Below, one piece after another: positions 38,629-48,156 of a stretch of DNA of 64,000 nt. The first letter of the stretch is position 1, and each line of letters opens with the position of its first letter. The position numbers and the translations under genes were made by a program. Source of the DNA: a virus (lineage: Duplodnaviria > Caudoviricetes); IMG/VR virus record IMGVR_UViG_3300031867_000001, positions 186,504-250,503 of that record; one strand, written 5' to 3'. The notes below the pieces were generated by a model. It was not told the origin of the DNA, made no database searches, and saw only the letters and a program-made list of their open reading frames with translations.

Positions 38629-41586
38629 TCAAGGACGAGTATTTCCGTAATAATCATCTGGATTGATATTATTAGCAGGAATCAATACGGCATACTTGGA
38701 TTTGTTTTTGTCATACATCAATGTGCCAACAACAATGTCATCAGGTCGAATCACATGATATGGCATTTCGGATATAGATTCACCATCATCATACCAAACG
38801 TCATATCCTTTGTCTTGTAAGTTTTGATAAGTTGTTTTCACACGGAATAATGCATCATCATACAGGAACCGATCACGGTTTTCAATCATTCCATACTTCA
38901 ATGTCATATGTGATACATCATGAAGTTTCAATACATCATGCGGCAGCATATGGAATTTGATATGTGCAATTTCATCATAAAGATGTAACATATCGGAATT
39001 ACCACCTTGATCGAATGGTCCACCGAATATGTATGTGAATTCTTCTTTGGTAAATTCAACCATATACGATTTGAAATAAGTAATGACTTCTTTCAAGATA
39101 TTGATGTATTCATTTGCTCCAAGAGATTGCATCAATAATGCGGTTAATTCACTACTCGTATATGTTTCCAAAGCACGAACAATTGAACGGATTGCAATTA
39201 CAATTGCTTCTGGATTGGATTTCATATCAGTGATGTTTTTATGTAACAATGGATTTGTTCGTAATAACAAAGCATCAAATGTTGATGGTCCATATTCCGT
39301 ATCAGATAAATCCAATAAGACTTTATCTCGGATGATATCCCGATACTGTGTGCAGAAAGTTTGATTTAAGAAATCAGCAGATGCAATCACGCTGTCATTC
39401 CATGTTGCTAATACGGTTAAGAATTCTTGTAAGAATGCTTCATCTTTGAGTGGAAAACGTCCGATCCTCTTGGCGTCAGTTGACAAAAGTTTATATGCCG
39501 TGGTAGAATATTTTTTACCATCATATTCGACATCAATTGTTGTATTATCATTCTCATGTAAGAAGTATACAAATCCATCAAATTCTTCTTTGGAAAATCC
39601 ATAATTGTTTATGATAATATCCACAGAAGTTTCATCCACACCATCAAACCATTTTGTTCGTAATGGATCTACCAAAAACAGTTTATTGTATGCTTCATCT
39701 ACTTGACGGAATTCATGGATTGTTTTCGCTTCAAACAATCGAGACATTAAATACTTATACAGATCTCGAATTTCATACATCAACGTTTCACCAATATTTG
39801 GCGTAGTCCGATTTAAGATATGATCCAACATTGGTATGAATTCATCTGGAATTAAGAATTCTTTAAATGGTAAAGAATCATAATATGCTTCATCCGTACT
39901 GCGTAAATCAAAATTGAATGAAGAGATCATATATGGAATGCCGAGTTCTCTGTCATGTGGATCTGCACCATTTCCCAAGAACAACAAATCCAAACATGCT
40001 GGTTCACCATTGTATGTTCCGTTTGGTATTTGTAAATTACCACGGAAATGATTCCCCAGAAAATCCGTATGTTTCCAATTCATCATCACAATCAATGACA
40101 ATACTGCATCAAATACTGGTAAACTTTGTATGCCACCGAAGTTGGTGTCTAAGTTGATCATAATCGATTTGGTTTCTTCTCGATTATCCAATAAACCACG
40201 TAACAATACCGAACACTGCCACCAAATATCATCCATGCTCATATGAGTAGATAATTGAATATATTTGGAATTGGACAAGGTATAATTCATATCTTGAATC
40301 ATACTTTCTACTTCAGGGGTATTCCACCAACGTGGATCTCCAGAAGTAATTTCTTCCAATGAATACTCCTTGGTTTCATCTCGGAATTTGAAGTATGATG
40401 TATTATCTTCTGCAGTACCAAATCGACGAAATACGATATCTTGTTTTGGTTTACGTTTACCATCTTTATCAATGTAATATACCGGTTTACCATTTTCAAA
40501 TGCTTGTTGTTTTACCATGATCAAAGTATAAATGTCGGTATATTCATATCCAATGATGTCTTTCACACGATAAACCGTATTTGTTCCTTTATCCATTAAT
40601 AACAATCGGAACTTCTTCAAGAATTCAACCATCGTATCGGAATTATCCATAATGACACTTGGTAATCCATACAGCTGAAAGTAATCGTTCATGATTTCAT
40701 TATTCATATAAATCAATGATGATGAACGTTTCATACATTCATTCAACATATTACCAATCGTCATATAAATTGTCAAGAATCGAATAAAGGAATTGTAATT
40801 TGCATAGATCATTTCAAAATCACCACGTAATGTGAAATACACATAATCGTGGGTCTTCTTGTAAACGGTTGTGAACAAATGAATCATATCCGCCGATACA
40901 TTGACATCACCAAAGATTTGATGATATACATGTAACTTAGATGTGTTGATTGTTAAAATATCACCATCATGTGCAGGTCGAGAAATCTCCAACGGGATTG
41001 CATAACTACCCAGATGCTTTAAATATTCTACATCTGGATATTGTCTCAATAAAGCTCGATAAGATGTTGATGATAAAAACAACTCCATGTATTTCTCTGG
41101 TAATTCATATACCAATGAATCTTCTCCAAATGCATGTGTTTCCTTATAAGCATTATAGAACTCAGTCGGTACCGTAATCAATGGATCAGCCGGTGTAGTA
41201 TCATTTCCTTCAAATGGTAATCCCATCAAGTTTACGTAATACTTATTCGGTTCTTTATAAGCTTCAATGAAAGCTTCACGTTTGGCTTTCATGATTAAAT
41301 TCATTGCAGACTGCGGAATCATTGCTGGATTCTGAATCATGGCTTCAACTTGTGTTGGAGTAAACTGAAATTGATCCAATAACCGAATCAGTTCTCCTTC
41401 TTCCCAGTCATATGATTCAAACAAATCCGTTCCAAGCTTTGCACGAACATATGCGTCACCTTTCAATCTGGATTCGATTGTTTCATATTGATTTGCAATC
41501 TCTTTGTTTTTGAATTCTGTATTGGTTACCAATAACTGAATCTTCATCAAGTATTCAGACATCGGATGATTCTTGTGCAAATTCAT
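38629..41586 (-). CDS. Large virion structural protein (putative baseplate wedge)
   Basis: 985 aa. YKEPNKYY..L.GLP and LLMDKGTN (wedge-like KGT) patterns. Confidence 0.5.
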   Translation of the reverse strand: MNLHKNHPMSEYLMKIQLLVTNTEFKNKEIANQYETIESRLKGDAYVRAKLGTDLFESYDWEEGELIRLLDQFQFTPTQVEAMIQNPAMIPQSAMNLIMKAKREAFIEAYKEPNKYYVNLMGLPFEGNDTTPADPLITVPTEFYNAYKETHAFGEDSLVYELPEKYMELFLSSTSYRALLRQYPDVEYLKHLGSYAIPLEISRPAHDGDILTINTSKLHVYHQIFGDVNVSADMIHLFTTVYKKTHDYVYFTLRGDFEMIYANYNSFIRFLTIYMTIGNMLNECMKRSSSLIYMNNEIMNDYFQLYGLPSVIMDNSDTMVEFLKKFRLLLMDKGTNTVYRVKDIIGYEYTDIYTLIMVKQQAFENGKPVYYIDKDGKRKPKQDIVFRRFGTAEDNTSYFKFRDETKEYSLEEITSGDPRWWNTPEVESMIQDMNYTLSNSKYIQLSTHMSMDDIWWQCSVLLRGLLDNREETKSIMINLDTNFGGIQSLPVFDAVLSLIVMMNWKHTDFLGNHFRGNLQIPNGTYNGEPACLDLLFLGNGADPHDRELGIPYMISSFNFDLRSTDEAYYDSLPFKEFLIPDEFIPMLDHILNRTTPNIGETLMYEIRDLYKYLMSRLFEAKTIHEFRQVDEAYNKLFLVDPLRTKWFDGVDETSVDIIINNYGFSKEEFDGFVYFLHENDNTTIDVEYDGKKYSTTAYKLLSTDAKRIGRFPLKDEAFLQEFLTVLATWNDSVIASADFLNQTFCTQYRDIIRDKVLLDLSDTEYGPSTFDALLLRTNPLLHKNITDMKSNPEAIVIAIRSIVRALETYTSSELTALLMQSLGANEYINILKEVITYFKSYMVEFTKEEFTYIFGGPFDQGGNSDMLHLYDEIAHIKFHMLPHDVLKLHDVSHMTLKYGMIENRDRFLYDDALFRVKTTYQNLQDKGYDVWYDDGESISEMPYHVIRPDDIVVGTLMYDKNKSKYAVLIPANNINPDDYYGNTRP

Positions 41587-41622
41587 TATATACCACCTAC
41601 CATATTAAATTAAAAAAATACA

Positions 41623-41646
41623 AGTGGGGGCGCTCAAGCCCCCACT
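41623..41646 (-). terminator. Terminator-like hairpin
   Basis: AGTGGGGGC/GCCCCCACT with a T-run on the minus strand. Confidence 0.7.
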
Positions 41647-41663
41647 CATAAACATTCACATGA

Positions 41664-42578
41664 TCATCCATTATCCAAAATTGCATCGATCTGATCCATA
41701 TATTGATTAATGGTGCTTAAAGCGCTGGAGCGTTGTGTAACATCATAAACGACACCAACCTTTTCTGCAGCTTTACCAGCAATGATCGTGATAATCTGTT
41801 CTTTCGAATAGTTACCAGCTGGTAGCGGCTCATATGGAAACAATTGTTCATACACATAAAACAACTTTGGAACTTCCATTGTGGATAAGAACGCCTTTAG
41901 ATTATTCAATGACATGTCATATCCAGATTGAGAAATCAATCCATGAACCTTAACAATCAAATCATAATCTTGCAAATCCCGCAACAGCTTTCGTGAGAAT
42001 TCCTTATTGCCTTGATAGGATACTTGTCCGTGAACAATTTGTGGACGATACTTTGGATCCAAGAACGTAATGTTCTCACCAAAATATGTCGATAAATACA
42101 TACACATTGTATGACCAAATTGACGAACAATATCTTCATCATTGATGATAATAATTCGCATTCCTGCATTGGAATTATGATTGGACAATCTTCCATATAA
42201 CCAATCGCGTACACCAATGATTGTATTCGGATCCTTCAATCGTTCGGTATATACTTTCAATGGATCTTCTGATTGATGACGTCTTTTATCTGAATCAAGT
42301 CCAATGGACAATGATGTTGTTTGATTAATTGCCCACGTTGGATCGAGCCATCCATCACCATATACAATATTGAATCTGGATATGCCACTTGACACAACTG
42401 GTTTGTTTATAATTTCAAAAGATCCATCATCATGATATTTCACCTGTTTGTCAAAATGCATTCTGCTTGCAGCACTGTTGTTGACATCTGGAATGAAATA
42501 TGTTGCACTCATCAAATCTCTCAATGTCATGAATTGAGCCAATACATTAATGAACACACGTTTACTGGTCACAATCAT
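41664..42578 (-). CDS. Hypothetical protein
   Basis: 304 aa, GAGGTG SD. Confidence 0.75.
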   Translation of the reverse strand: MIVTSKRVFINVLAQFMTLRDLMSATYFIPDVNNSAASRMHFDKQVKYHDDGSFEIINKPVVSSGISRFNIVYGDGWLDPTWAINQTTSLSIGLDSDKRRHQSEDPLKVYTERLKDPNTIIGVRDWLYGRLSNHNSNAGMRIIIINDEDIVRQFGHTMCMYLSTYFGENITFLDPKYRPQIVHGQVSYQGNKEFSRKLLRDLQDYDLIVKVHGLISQSGYDMSLNNLKAFLSTMEVPKLFYVYEQLFPYEPLPAGNYSKEQIITIIAGKAAEKVGVVYDVTQRSSALSTINQYMDQIDAILDNG

Positions 42579-42620
42579 ATGGTATCACCTCCTCCCTCTT
42601 TTTAAATAATATATATTTTA

Positions 42621-43145
42621 TCAGTCGATATTAGTGTGTTCAAGCTGTAACCAACACATCATATTCCATATGGAAGAGATCCAGTGTGGTTCATCCGTTT
42701 CATCATTCAAGTACTGACACAGATGGCGGAAACCAGAATCTTCGAATGACCACTGAGGGATTCCATTCTTCCAGTTATTCTCCCCATACTTCTCAGCACC
42801 TTTCTGGAAGTGAATCGCCAAGTCCTTCAGCATCACAACAACTGCATTCCATACTTCGTTGTCACCGATCTTGTCACTGTCAATGCAGTATTTACGAAGT
42901 GTGATTCCGAGAATGGCTTTCTTGAAATCTCTGTTTGTATAATTGATCAACAGATCACATGTGTCACGCAGTCTATTGATGTGTGGGTTTGTATTAAGTT
43001 CGTTGTCCACGAAGTTGAAGAAGTCGACTAATGCGTCAGCCGGTAACAGATCGAAACGACCTTTGCCGTCCTTTGTGTAACGAATTCCGCCACCTTCAAA
43101 CTGGTGGAACTCTCCATCTACTTTGATCTCATACTTATCACTCAT
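42621..43145 (-). CDS. dATP/dGTP diphosphohydrolase-domain protein (DUF5664-like)
   Basis: GKGRFDLLP...KGAEKYGENNWKNGIP...DSGFRHL...DEPH...WN. Confidence 0.78.
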   Translation of the reverse strand: MSDKYEIKVDGEFHQFEGGGIRYTKDGKGRFDLLPADALVDFFNFVDNELNTNPHINRLRDTCDLLINYTNRDFKKAILGITLRKYCIDSDKIGDNEVWNAVVVMLKDLAIHFQKGAEKYGENNWKNGIPQWSFEDSGFRHLCQYLNDETDEPHWISSIWNMMCWLQLEHTNID

Positions 43146-44211
43146 TGTAATCGTCCTCCTTTACTAATTCTGCATCTGCTACATCATCCGCTTTGTCGAC
43201 AGTGACTGTACCATTATCTGCCTCTTCTTCTTCCAATGATTCGATGTATTCTCTATCCAGATCATCAACCGAATCAGAGTCAAAATCAATCATCTTCTCA
43301 ATATATGTCAAGAAGTGACCCATCGCCCAAGCGGGTTCATCTGTGAATGCAATATACATCAACGTCATAGGATTAATGATGTCAGGCTCGTCCTTGTCGA
43401 TACAATCGATCATACCTTCATACAGTCTGTGCGGAATGTTCCATACGAACTGTTTGAACTGATCGGACGAGAACGGAATATCTTCGAAATATGTATCACG
43501 CAAATTGATGATATAATCCATAATCTCAGATGCTTCATCTTCTGTCAACAGAGTCTTTGCTTCTGATGTAGAAGTGGCAAGTTCTTTACGGATGTCCTGC
43601 AACATAGAATACAGTACACTGTTCTGAACTTCATCCGTATCATTCTCAATATGCTCTTTCAAAGATTCCAGCTGACGATTGAGTTCATTGATCTCAAATG
43701 TCTTTGCACCAAGATCATTGTTCAAACCATCACACTGTTCCTTGTAACGTTCCAACTCGGACTGGAGCTGTTCGTTCTGAACATTTGCTTGATTCAGACT
43801 CTTTTCCAGTTCAGCGATCTGTTTCGACTGATTCTCTACCTTGTCCTTATAGTAGTTTACATCACTCTGACGAACTGCTTCTTTCAAATGTTCGATCTGC
43901 TTCTTCAGTTCTTCAACTTCTGTGTTGTCATTTGCTTGTGCGATTGACTGTTTGATCTGTTCTGGAGTGGGTTGTTCCTCACTGGGATATGTGATCAAGT
44001 CATTGATATTATCTGCGACATTCTGCAGTCTCTTTGTACCATCACTCAGTCTCCAATCATAGCTGGTATATACTGTATTGGATTCTTTCTTGGGTTCTTC
44101 TTCTTTCGGCTCAGACTCTTCCGGACGCTCAACGGATGTCAATTCATCATTGACATCCTCAAGCTCATCATGTACAAGACCAAACGCTTTCAGGTAATTG
44201 CTAATATTCAT
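43138..44211 (-). CDS. Acidic coiled-coil protein
   Basis: 357 aa with a heptad-rich central ~120 aa and E/D-rich ends. Confidence 0.75.
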   Translation of the reverse strand: MNISNYLKAFGLVHDELEDVNDELTSVERPEESEPKEEEPKKESNTVYTSYDWRLSDGTKRLQNVADNINDLITYPSEEQPTPEQIKQSIAQANDNTEVEELKKQIEHLKEAVRQSDVNYYKDKVENQSKQIAELEKSLNQANVQNEQLQSELERYKEQCDGLNNDLGAKTFEINELNRQLESLKEHIENDTDEVQNSVLYSMLQDIRKELATSTSEAKTLLTEDEASEIMDYIINLRDTYFEDIPFSSDQFKQFVWNIPHRLYEGMIDCIDKDEPDIINPMTLMYIAFTDEPAWAMGHFLTYIEKMIDFDSDSVDDLDREYIESLEEEEADNGTVTVDKADDVADAELVKEDDYNE

Positions 44212-44214
44212 AAC

Positions 44215-45069
44215 TTATACTCCTCTCCACATTGAATCATTTTTAATTTTATGATCCAATTCATATTGGGCGACTACGGAAGATGCCAACCAAGCGTCTG
44301 GCATATCCGGATTCTTCATAGACATTTCTTCTTCATCAACTTCAATCTCAACACTCTTTGTCGGTTCAGTCATTCTAACACCTTCAATAGATTCGAACAA
44401 CCGAAGTCTTTCATCTTGAGTGATTGTAGATCTTAACGATGCATCGCTATACTTTCTTGGGCATTCAGGACAACGATACTCTGAGAAGGAAGAATCCATT
44501 GTCAATGTCTTACAACCACACAGACACTGAAATAGATTCATACTAACTGGGAAGATGTATGCATAATCAATACATACGGGTTTACCTGCGGAATTGATCC
44601 CCCAATTCGCATAATTCTTATCAACAATTCCGACATCACCAATCAAGAACTGTTTGCACCATTTCGACAGAATGGATACGATTGTATCTCGGCGTAACAT
44701 CATTTCTGAATAAGAACTGAAAGCGGGTGCATATTCAGCAACGAGTAAATGTCCACCACTTGATATTTCCAAAGCTTCTGCAACATTTGGAGCCAACTGA
44801 TCAGACATGACCCATTCCTGTTTATTATCCGCAATCCCTTCTTTATCAAGTGCGATCTTGATAACAAATCCATCATATTTGATAATATGACGATTTGTTC
44901 CAGTACCAATCGATTTAAAATCAATTCCATATTCAGTGAATAATTCATTGATCTTATCTCTTCTTGATGTTGGAAGCATACCTTTTTGAAGTGATACTTC
45001 ACCGAGTTTATCTCTCAATTCTTGTGGCAATGTCAACAATCTCGATCTATACGTTACTGTCTCTTTCAC
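44215..45069 (-). CDS. Protein kinase-like protein with C-terminal Zn ribbon
   Basis: Gly loop IGTGTNR, VIKIA Lys, alphaC Glu (DNKQEW), catalytic GD...NWG, IDYAY, then CLCG...CPEC. GTG start after GGAGG. Confidence 0.78.
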   Translation of the reverse strand: MKETVTYRSRLLTLPQELRDKLGEVSLQKGMLPTSRRDKINELFTEYGIDFKSIGTGTNRHIIKYDGFVIKIALDKEGIADNKQEWVMSDQLAPNVAEALEISSGGHLLVAEYAPAFSSYSEMMLRRDTIVSILSKWCKQFLIGDVGIVDKNYANWGINSAGKPVCIDYAYIFPVSMNLFQCLCGCKTLTMDSSFSEYRCPECPRKYSDASLRSTITQDERLRLFESIEGVRMTEPTKSVEIEVDEEEMSMKNPDMPDAWLASSVVAQYELDHKIKNDSMWRGV

Positions 45070-45100
45070 TGAGATTACCTCCAATCAAAACGTGGGTATG

Positions 45101-45129
45101 ATATGTGGGGCTTTGATAGCCCCACATAT
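45101..45129 (-). terminator. Terminator-like hairpin
   Basis: ATATGTGGGGCT/AGCCCCACATAT. Confidence 0.55.
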
Positions 45130-45142
45130 ACATTCCATTGAT

Positions 45143-45817
45143 TTAACCCCAGTTCTGTTTAGCAATATTCAGTAAGGACTGAGACTGCTGAGCAATATCC
45201 GCAGGTACTGGAATTGACGGATATGTCGGTGCTGTATTCTGCTGACAATTGTTGGGAATATACTGCTGCCAATTAGCAGTCGGCATCTGTGGCTTAATCG
45301 GCACATTACTCATCTCCCACTGCTGAGTCTTCTTCGTCGTAGGAGCTGCATTGTACTGATTATACATTGCCGCATTATATGCCGGATCAAACGGGTTCTG
45401 CTGACACGGAGCCCACGGATTCTGTGTCTGCTGCATCTGCGGAATAGTCGGAACGGGATTCTGATACGGCATCTGCATACCACCGTAATTCGTCTGATAC
45501 GGATTATACTGCGGCTGCTGATAACCACACTGCTCCATTGTCGGCTGGCTGAACTGTGTACCGTTGTACGGCGGTACATTGTTGAACTGGTTGAACATCG
45601 GGTTTGCCTGAGGAACCTGCTGTCCCATCGACATTGCGTTGAACTCTTCCAGTGTCGGCGGAACCGGACGAGCAGAAGCGTCTGCGAATCCACCATTCAT
45701 CATGGACGGATTTACACCAGGATAGTAGTACCCGTTGTTCATGTTGAACTGGGGCTGATTCTGGTATGTGTGTTCCATGAAGTTTCCTGTTTCGATTGGG
45801 TAATCTGGATTAATCAT
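45143..45817 (-). CDS. Prion-like low-complexity protein (Q/N/P/Y/M-rich)
   Basis: 224 aa, AAGGAGG SD, few charged residues, motif PPTLEEFNAMSMGQ. Confidence 0.8.
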   Translation of the reverse strand: MINPDYPIETGNFMEHTYQNQPQFNMNNGYYYPGVNPSMMNGGFADASARPVPPTLEEFNAMSMGQQVPQANPMFNQFNNVPPYNGTQFSQPTMEQCGYQQPQYNPYQTNYGGMQMPYQNPVPTIPQMQQTQNPWAPCQQNPFDPAYNAAMYNQYNAAPTTKKTQQWEMSNVPIKPQMPTANWQQYIPNNCQQNTAPTYPSIPVPADIAQQSQSLLNIAKQNWG

Positions 45818-45844
45818 AGTTAATTCCTCCTTTTTGATTATAAA

Positions 45845-46480
45845 TCAACCACGATAGATCGTTGAGATCAGCTGACTCAAAATGATCATATCGTTTTCGA
45901 TTTCGTTAAGATTTTTGGCATCGAAATACCATCTTGATCGATGACAAATAAATTCGTCATTGATTCTTGTGATCATACCACAAACATACGGAGAGTTACT
46001 CTGAACAATCGCATGTCTGCGATAATTCTCAGGGATTCTGAGACTTCCAATCACATCATCTGTCTCAGTCGGCAGACAATGACCCGATACTGCGATCTCA
46101 CAAATTCCCGTCTGGAAGACTCCATATCTCGACAAGAATCTGATGATTCTCAACATGGATTTCATCTGCGTTCCAATCTGAGATCTCGGAACAGGTGCGG
46201 TTACTACCCAGAAGCATACATTACCCTGAGTTTCAATCGGATCTGCTTCTCTGATGATACAGCCAGAACCAGGAAGAACAAACGGAAGCAAACTTTCGAT
46301 CGCTTTCAGTCTTTCTCCATACTGGAACTTTCTTCCATACTGGTCGAACATCAGCATCTTGTATCCAACGAACGGTTCACTTCTGACCGCATACATCGGA
46401 TATGCTTCCATGACCATAGCCGAATAATCGACAATATGATCCATGGGAACGATTCGGGACTGATAAACTTCAATACCCAT
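45845..46480 (-). CDS. Hypothetical protein
   Basis: 211 aa, AGGAGG SD. Confidence 0.75.
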   Translation of the reverse strand: MGIEVYQSRIVPMDHIVDYSAMVMEAYPMYAVRSEPFVGYKMLMFDQYGRKFQYGERLKAIESLLPFVLPGSGCIIREADPIETQGNVCFWVVTAPVPRSQIGTQMKSMLRIIRFLSRYGVFQTGICEIAVSGHCLPTETDDVIGSLRIPENYRRHAIVQSNSPYVCGMITRINDEFICHRSRWYFDAKNLNEIENDMIILSQLISTIYRG

Positions 46481-46562
46481 AATTCATACCTCCTAAATGA
46501 AATATTGGAGACAGTATACCATTGTGTCACTATCTCGGACAAATTATATACATTTTGATTAT

Positions 46563-48059
46563 TTAAATATTAGCCACAAAGTTTTGTAGTTGTTTACCAA
46601 AGAAGATTGGTTGTGACAATGTGGTTGTCTCCATAATGTCGGGTTGTAATGCAAACGAATCTGTTGAATAGAAAGGATGTCTGATTGCATTAATATCAGC
46701 ACCTTCTGCATTAGAATCGAGATCTCTACGTTTTGCTGCTTTAATCATCAATTCTTTTCTATCACCATTATTCTCGATATTGATAATGTACAAACCATCT
46801 GCAACTTCCAATATCTCAATTGCAGATCCAATTTGAGATCGACCCAATACTTCAGCAGATTTGTTACCACCACCATGAGCAGCCGCATTGTCAACTGCTT
46901 GTGCTGCAGCACGGTTTAACTGATGTCCTGTGACGACTGGGATATTGAATTGAATCGACATGGTTTTGAATTCATTCATAATCGCATTCAATTCACCTTT
47001 CTCAGAAGCTCGTGCAACTTCATCTCTGGAAGCAGGTCTGACGCGTTTCAAATAATCAAAGAATAATGCAACAACTTCAGTTGTTTCGGTGTTAAACGAT
47101 CTGATGATATTCGCAATATCAGCAGTGGACTTTTCTCTGTATCCATAATACAATAATACAGAACGGAAACCCTTGGATGTTAATTTAGAATTAATCATCT
47201 CAACAATTTCATCAACCGTGTATGATGCCATATCCGCCATTGGATATAACAATCCCCACAAACGACGAACTGTTTGAGCCATGGAGTTCTCCATAGAAAT
47301 GTAAATCGATACAGGTTGTTTTCCGTGTGTTGTATTTTTGATATGTTCATTATACAAACACGTGTCCACATGTCCTTGTAACAAAATACCAGATTTGTAA
47401 TTTCCTGGCAATCCTGCATATACGTAGATACACCCAGACAAATATCCGGGCGATAACAGCATATTCAATCCTTTGAAGGACGTGATAATACACTTATCAG
47501 CAGATCGAGAATCTTTTGTTTCAGCAACAACTGTTCGCATTCCTTCAATATTGTCAGAATCGAATTGATGTGATACAGCGGCTATATTCGACACATTATA
47601 CGCTTCAATGATTTTTGTTGACATGGAATACATTGTGTCGACAATTTCTCGAATTGGTGTTTCTTCATCATCCAATAAATCCATCGCTTTAATGAATGAA
47701 TTCTGATGTTTCAACAGTTTTGCATATTTGACATAATCCGATAAGATTGTAGTTACTGTCGTTAATTCTGTCTGTGTATTAATTGTCGGATTATCATGAA
47801 AGAATTTCACATTCTTCACAATCTCCGAATCTTCACCCTCTTCGTCCATAGAATTCAAAATCAGTGTATACGATTTGATGTCTTTCTCAAAATAACTTAA
47901 CAAACGATGTGCCGTTTGATAATATATGGACTTAGATGGATATTCGGATAATACTCGAGAAAATAATACGAAATTCTGAGATGTTTTATATTCGTCATGT
48001 TTCGATACCATAATCGATATGATATCTTTATATAATGACGAACGTAATTGCTTTGCCAT
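46563..48059 (-). CDS. dnaB: DnaB-family replicative helicase
   Basis: AGLPGNYKS, YISMEN, FFDYL, VTGHQLNR, EVAD. Start moved to ATG 48059. Confidence 0.87.
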   Translation of the reverse strand: MAKQLRSSLYKDIISIMVSKHDEYKTSQNFVLFSRVLSEYPSKSIYYQTAHRLLSYFEKDIKSYTLILNSMDEEGEDSEIVKNVKFFHDNPTINTQTELTTVTTILSDYVKYAKLLKHQNSFIKAMDLLDDEETPIREIVDTMYSMSTKIIEAYNVSNIAAVSHQFDSDNIEGMRTVVAETKDSRSADKCIITSFKGLNMLLSPGYLSGCIYVYAGLPGNYKSGILLQGHVDTCLYNEHIKNTTHGKQPVSIYISMENSMAQTVRRLWGLLYPMADMASYTVDEIVEMINSKLTSKGFRSVLLYYGYREKSTADIANIIRSFNTETTEVVALFFDYLKRVRPASRDEVARASEKGELNAIMNEFKTMSIQFNIPVVTGHQLNRAAAQAVDNAAAHGGGNKSAEVLGRSQIGSAIEILEVADGLYIINIENNGDRKELMIKAAKRRDLDSNAEGADINAIRHPFYSTDSFALQPDIMETTTLSQPIFFGKQLQNFVANI

Positions 48060-48124
48060 TAAAAATCTCCCCCAGTTTGAAAAATGAAATCGTATCATTT
48101 CGTTGTGAATTTGCCAGAATAAAA

Positions 48125-48144
48125 GTGGGGGAATTAACCCCCAC
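48125..48144 (-). terminator. Terminator-like hairpin
   Basis: GTGGGGG/CCCCCAC followed by TTTT on the minus strand. Confidence 0.65.
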
Positions 48145-48156
48145 AATATATTCCAT

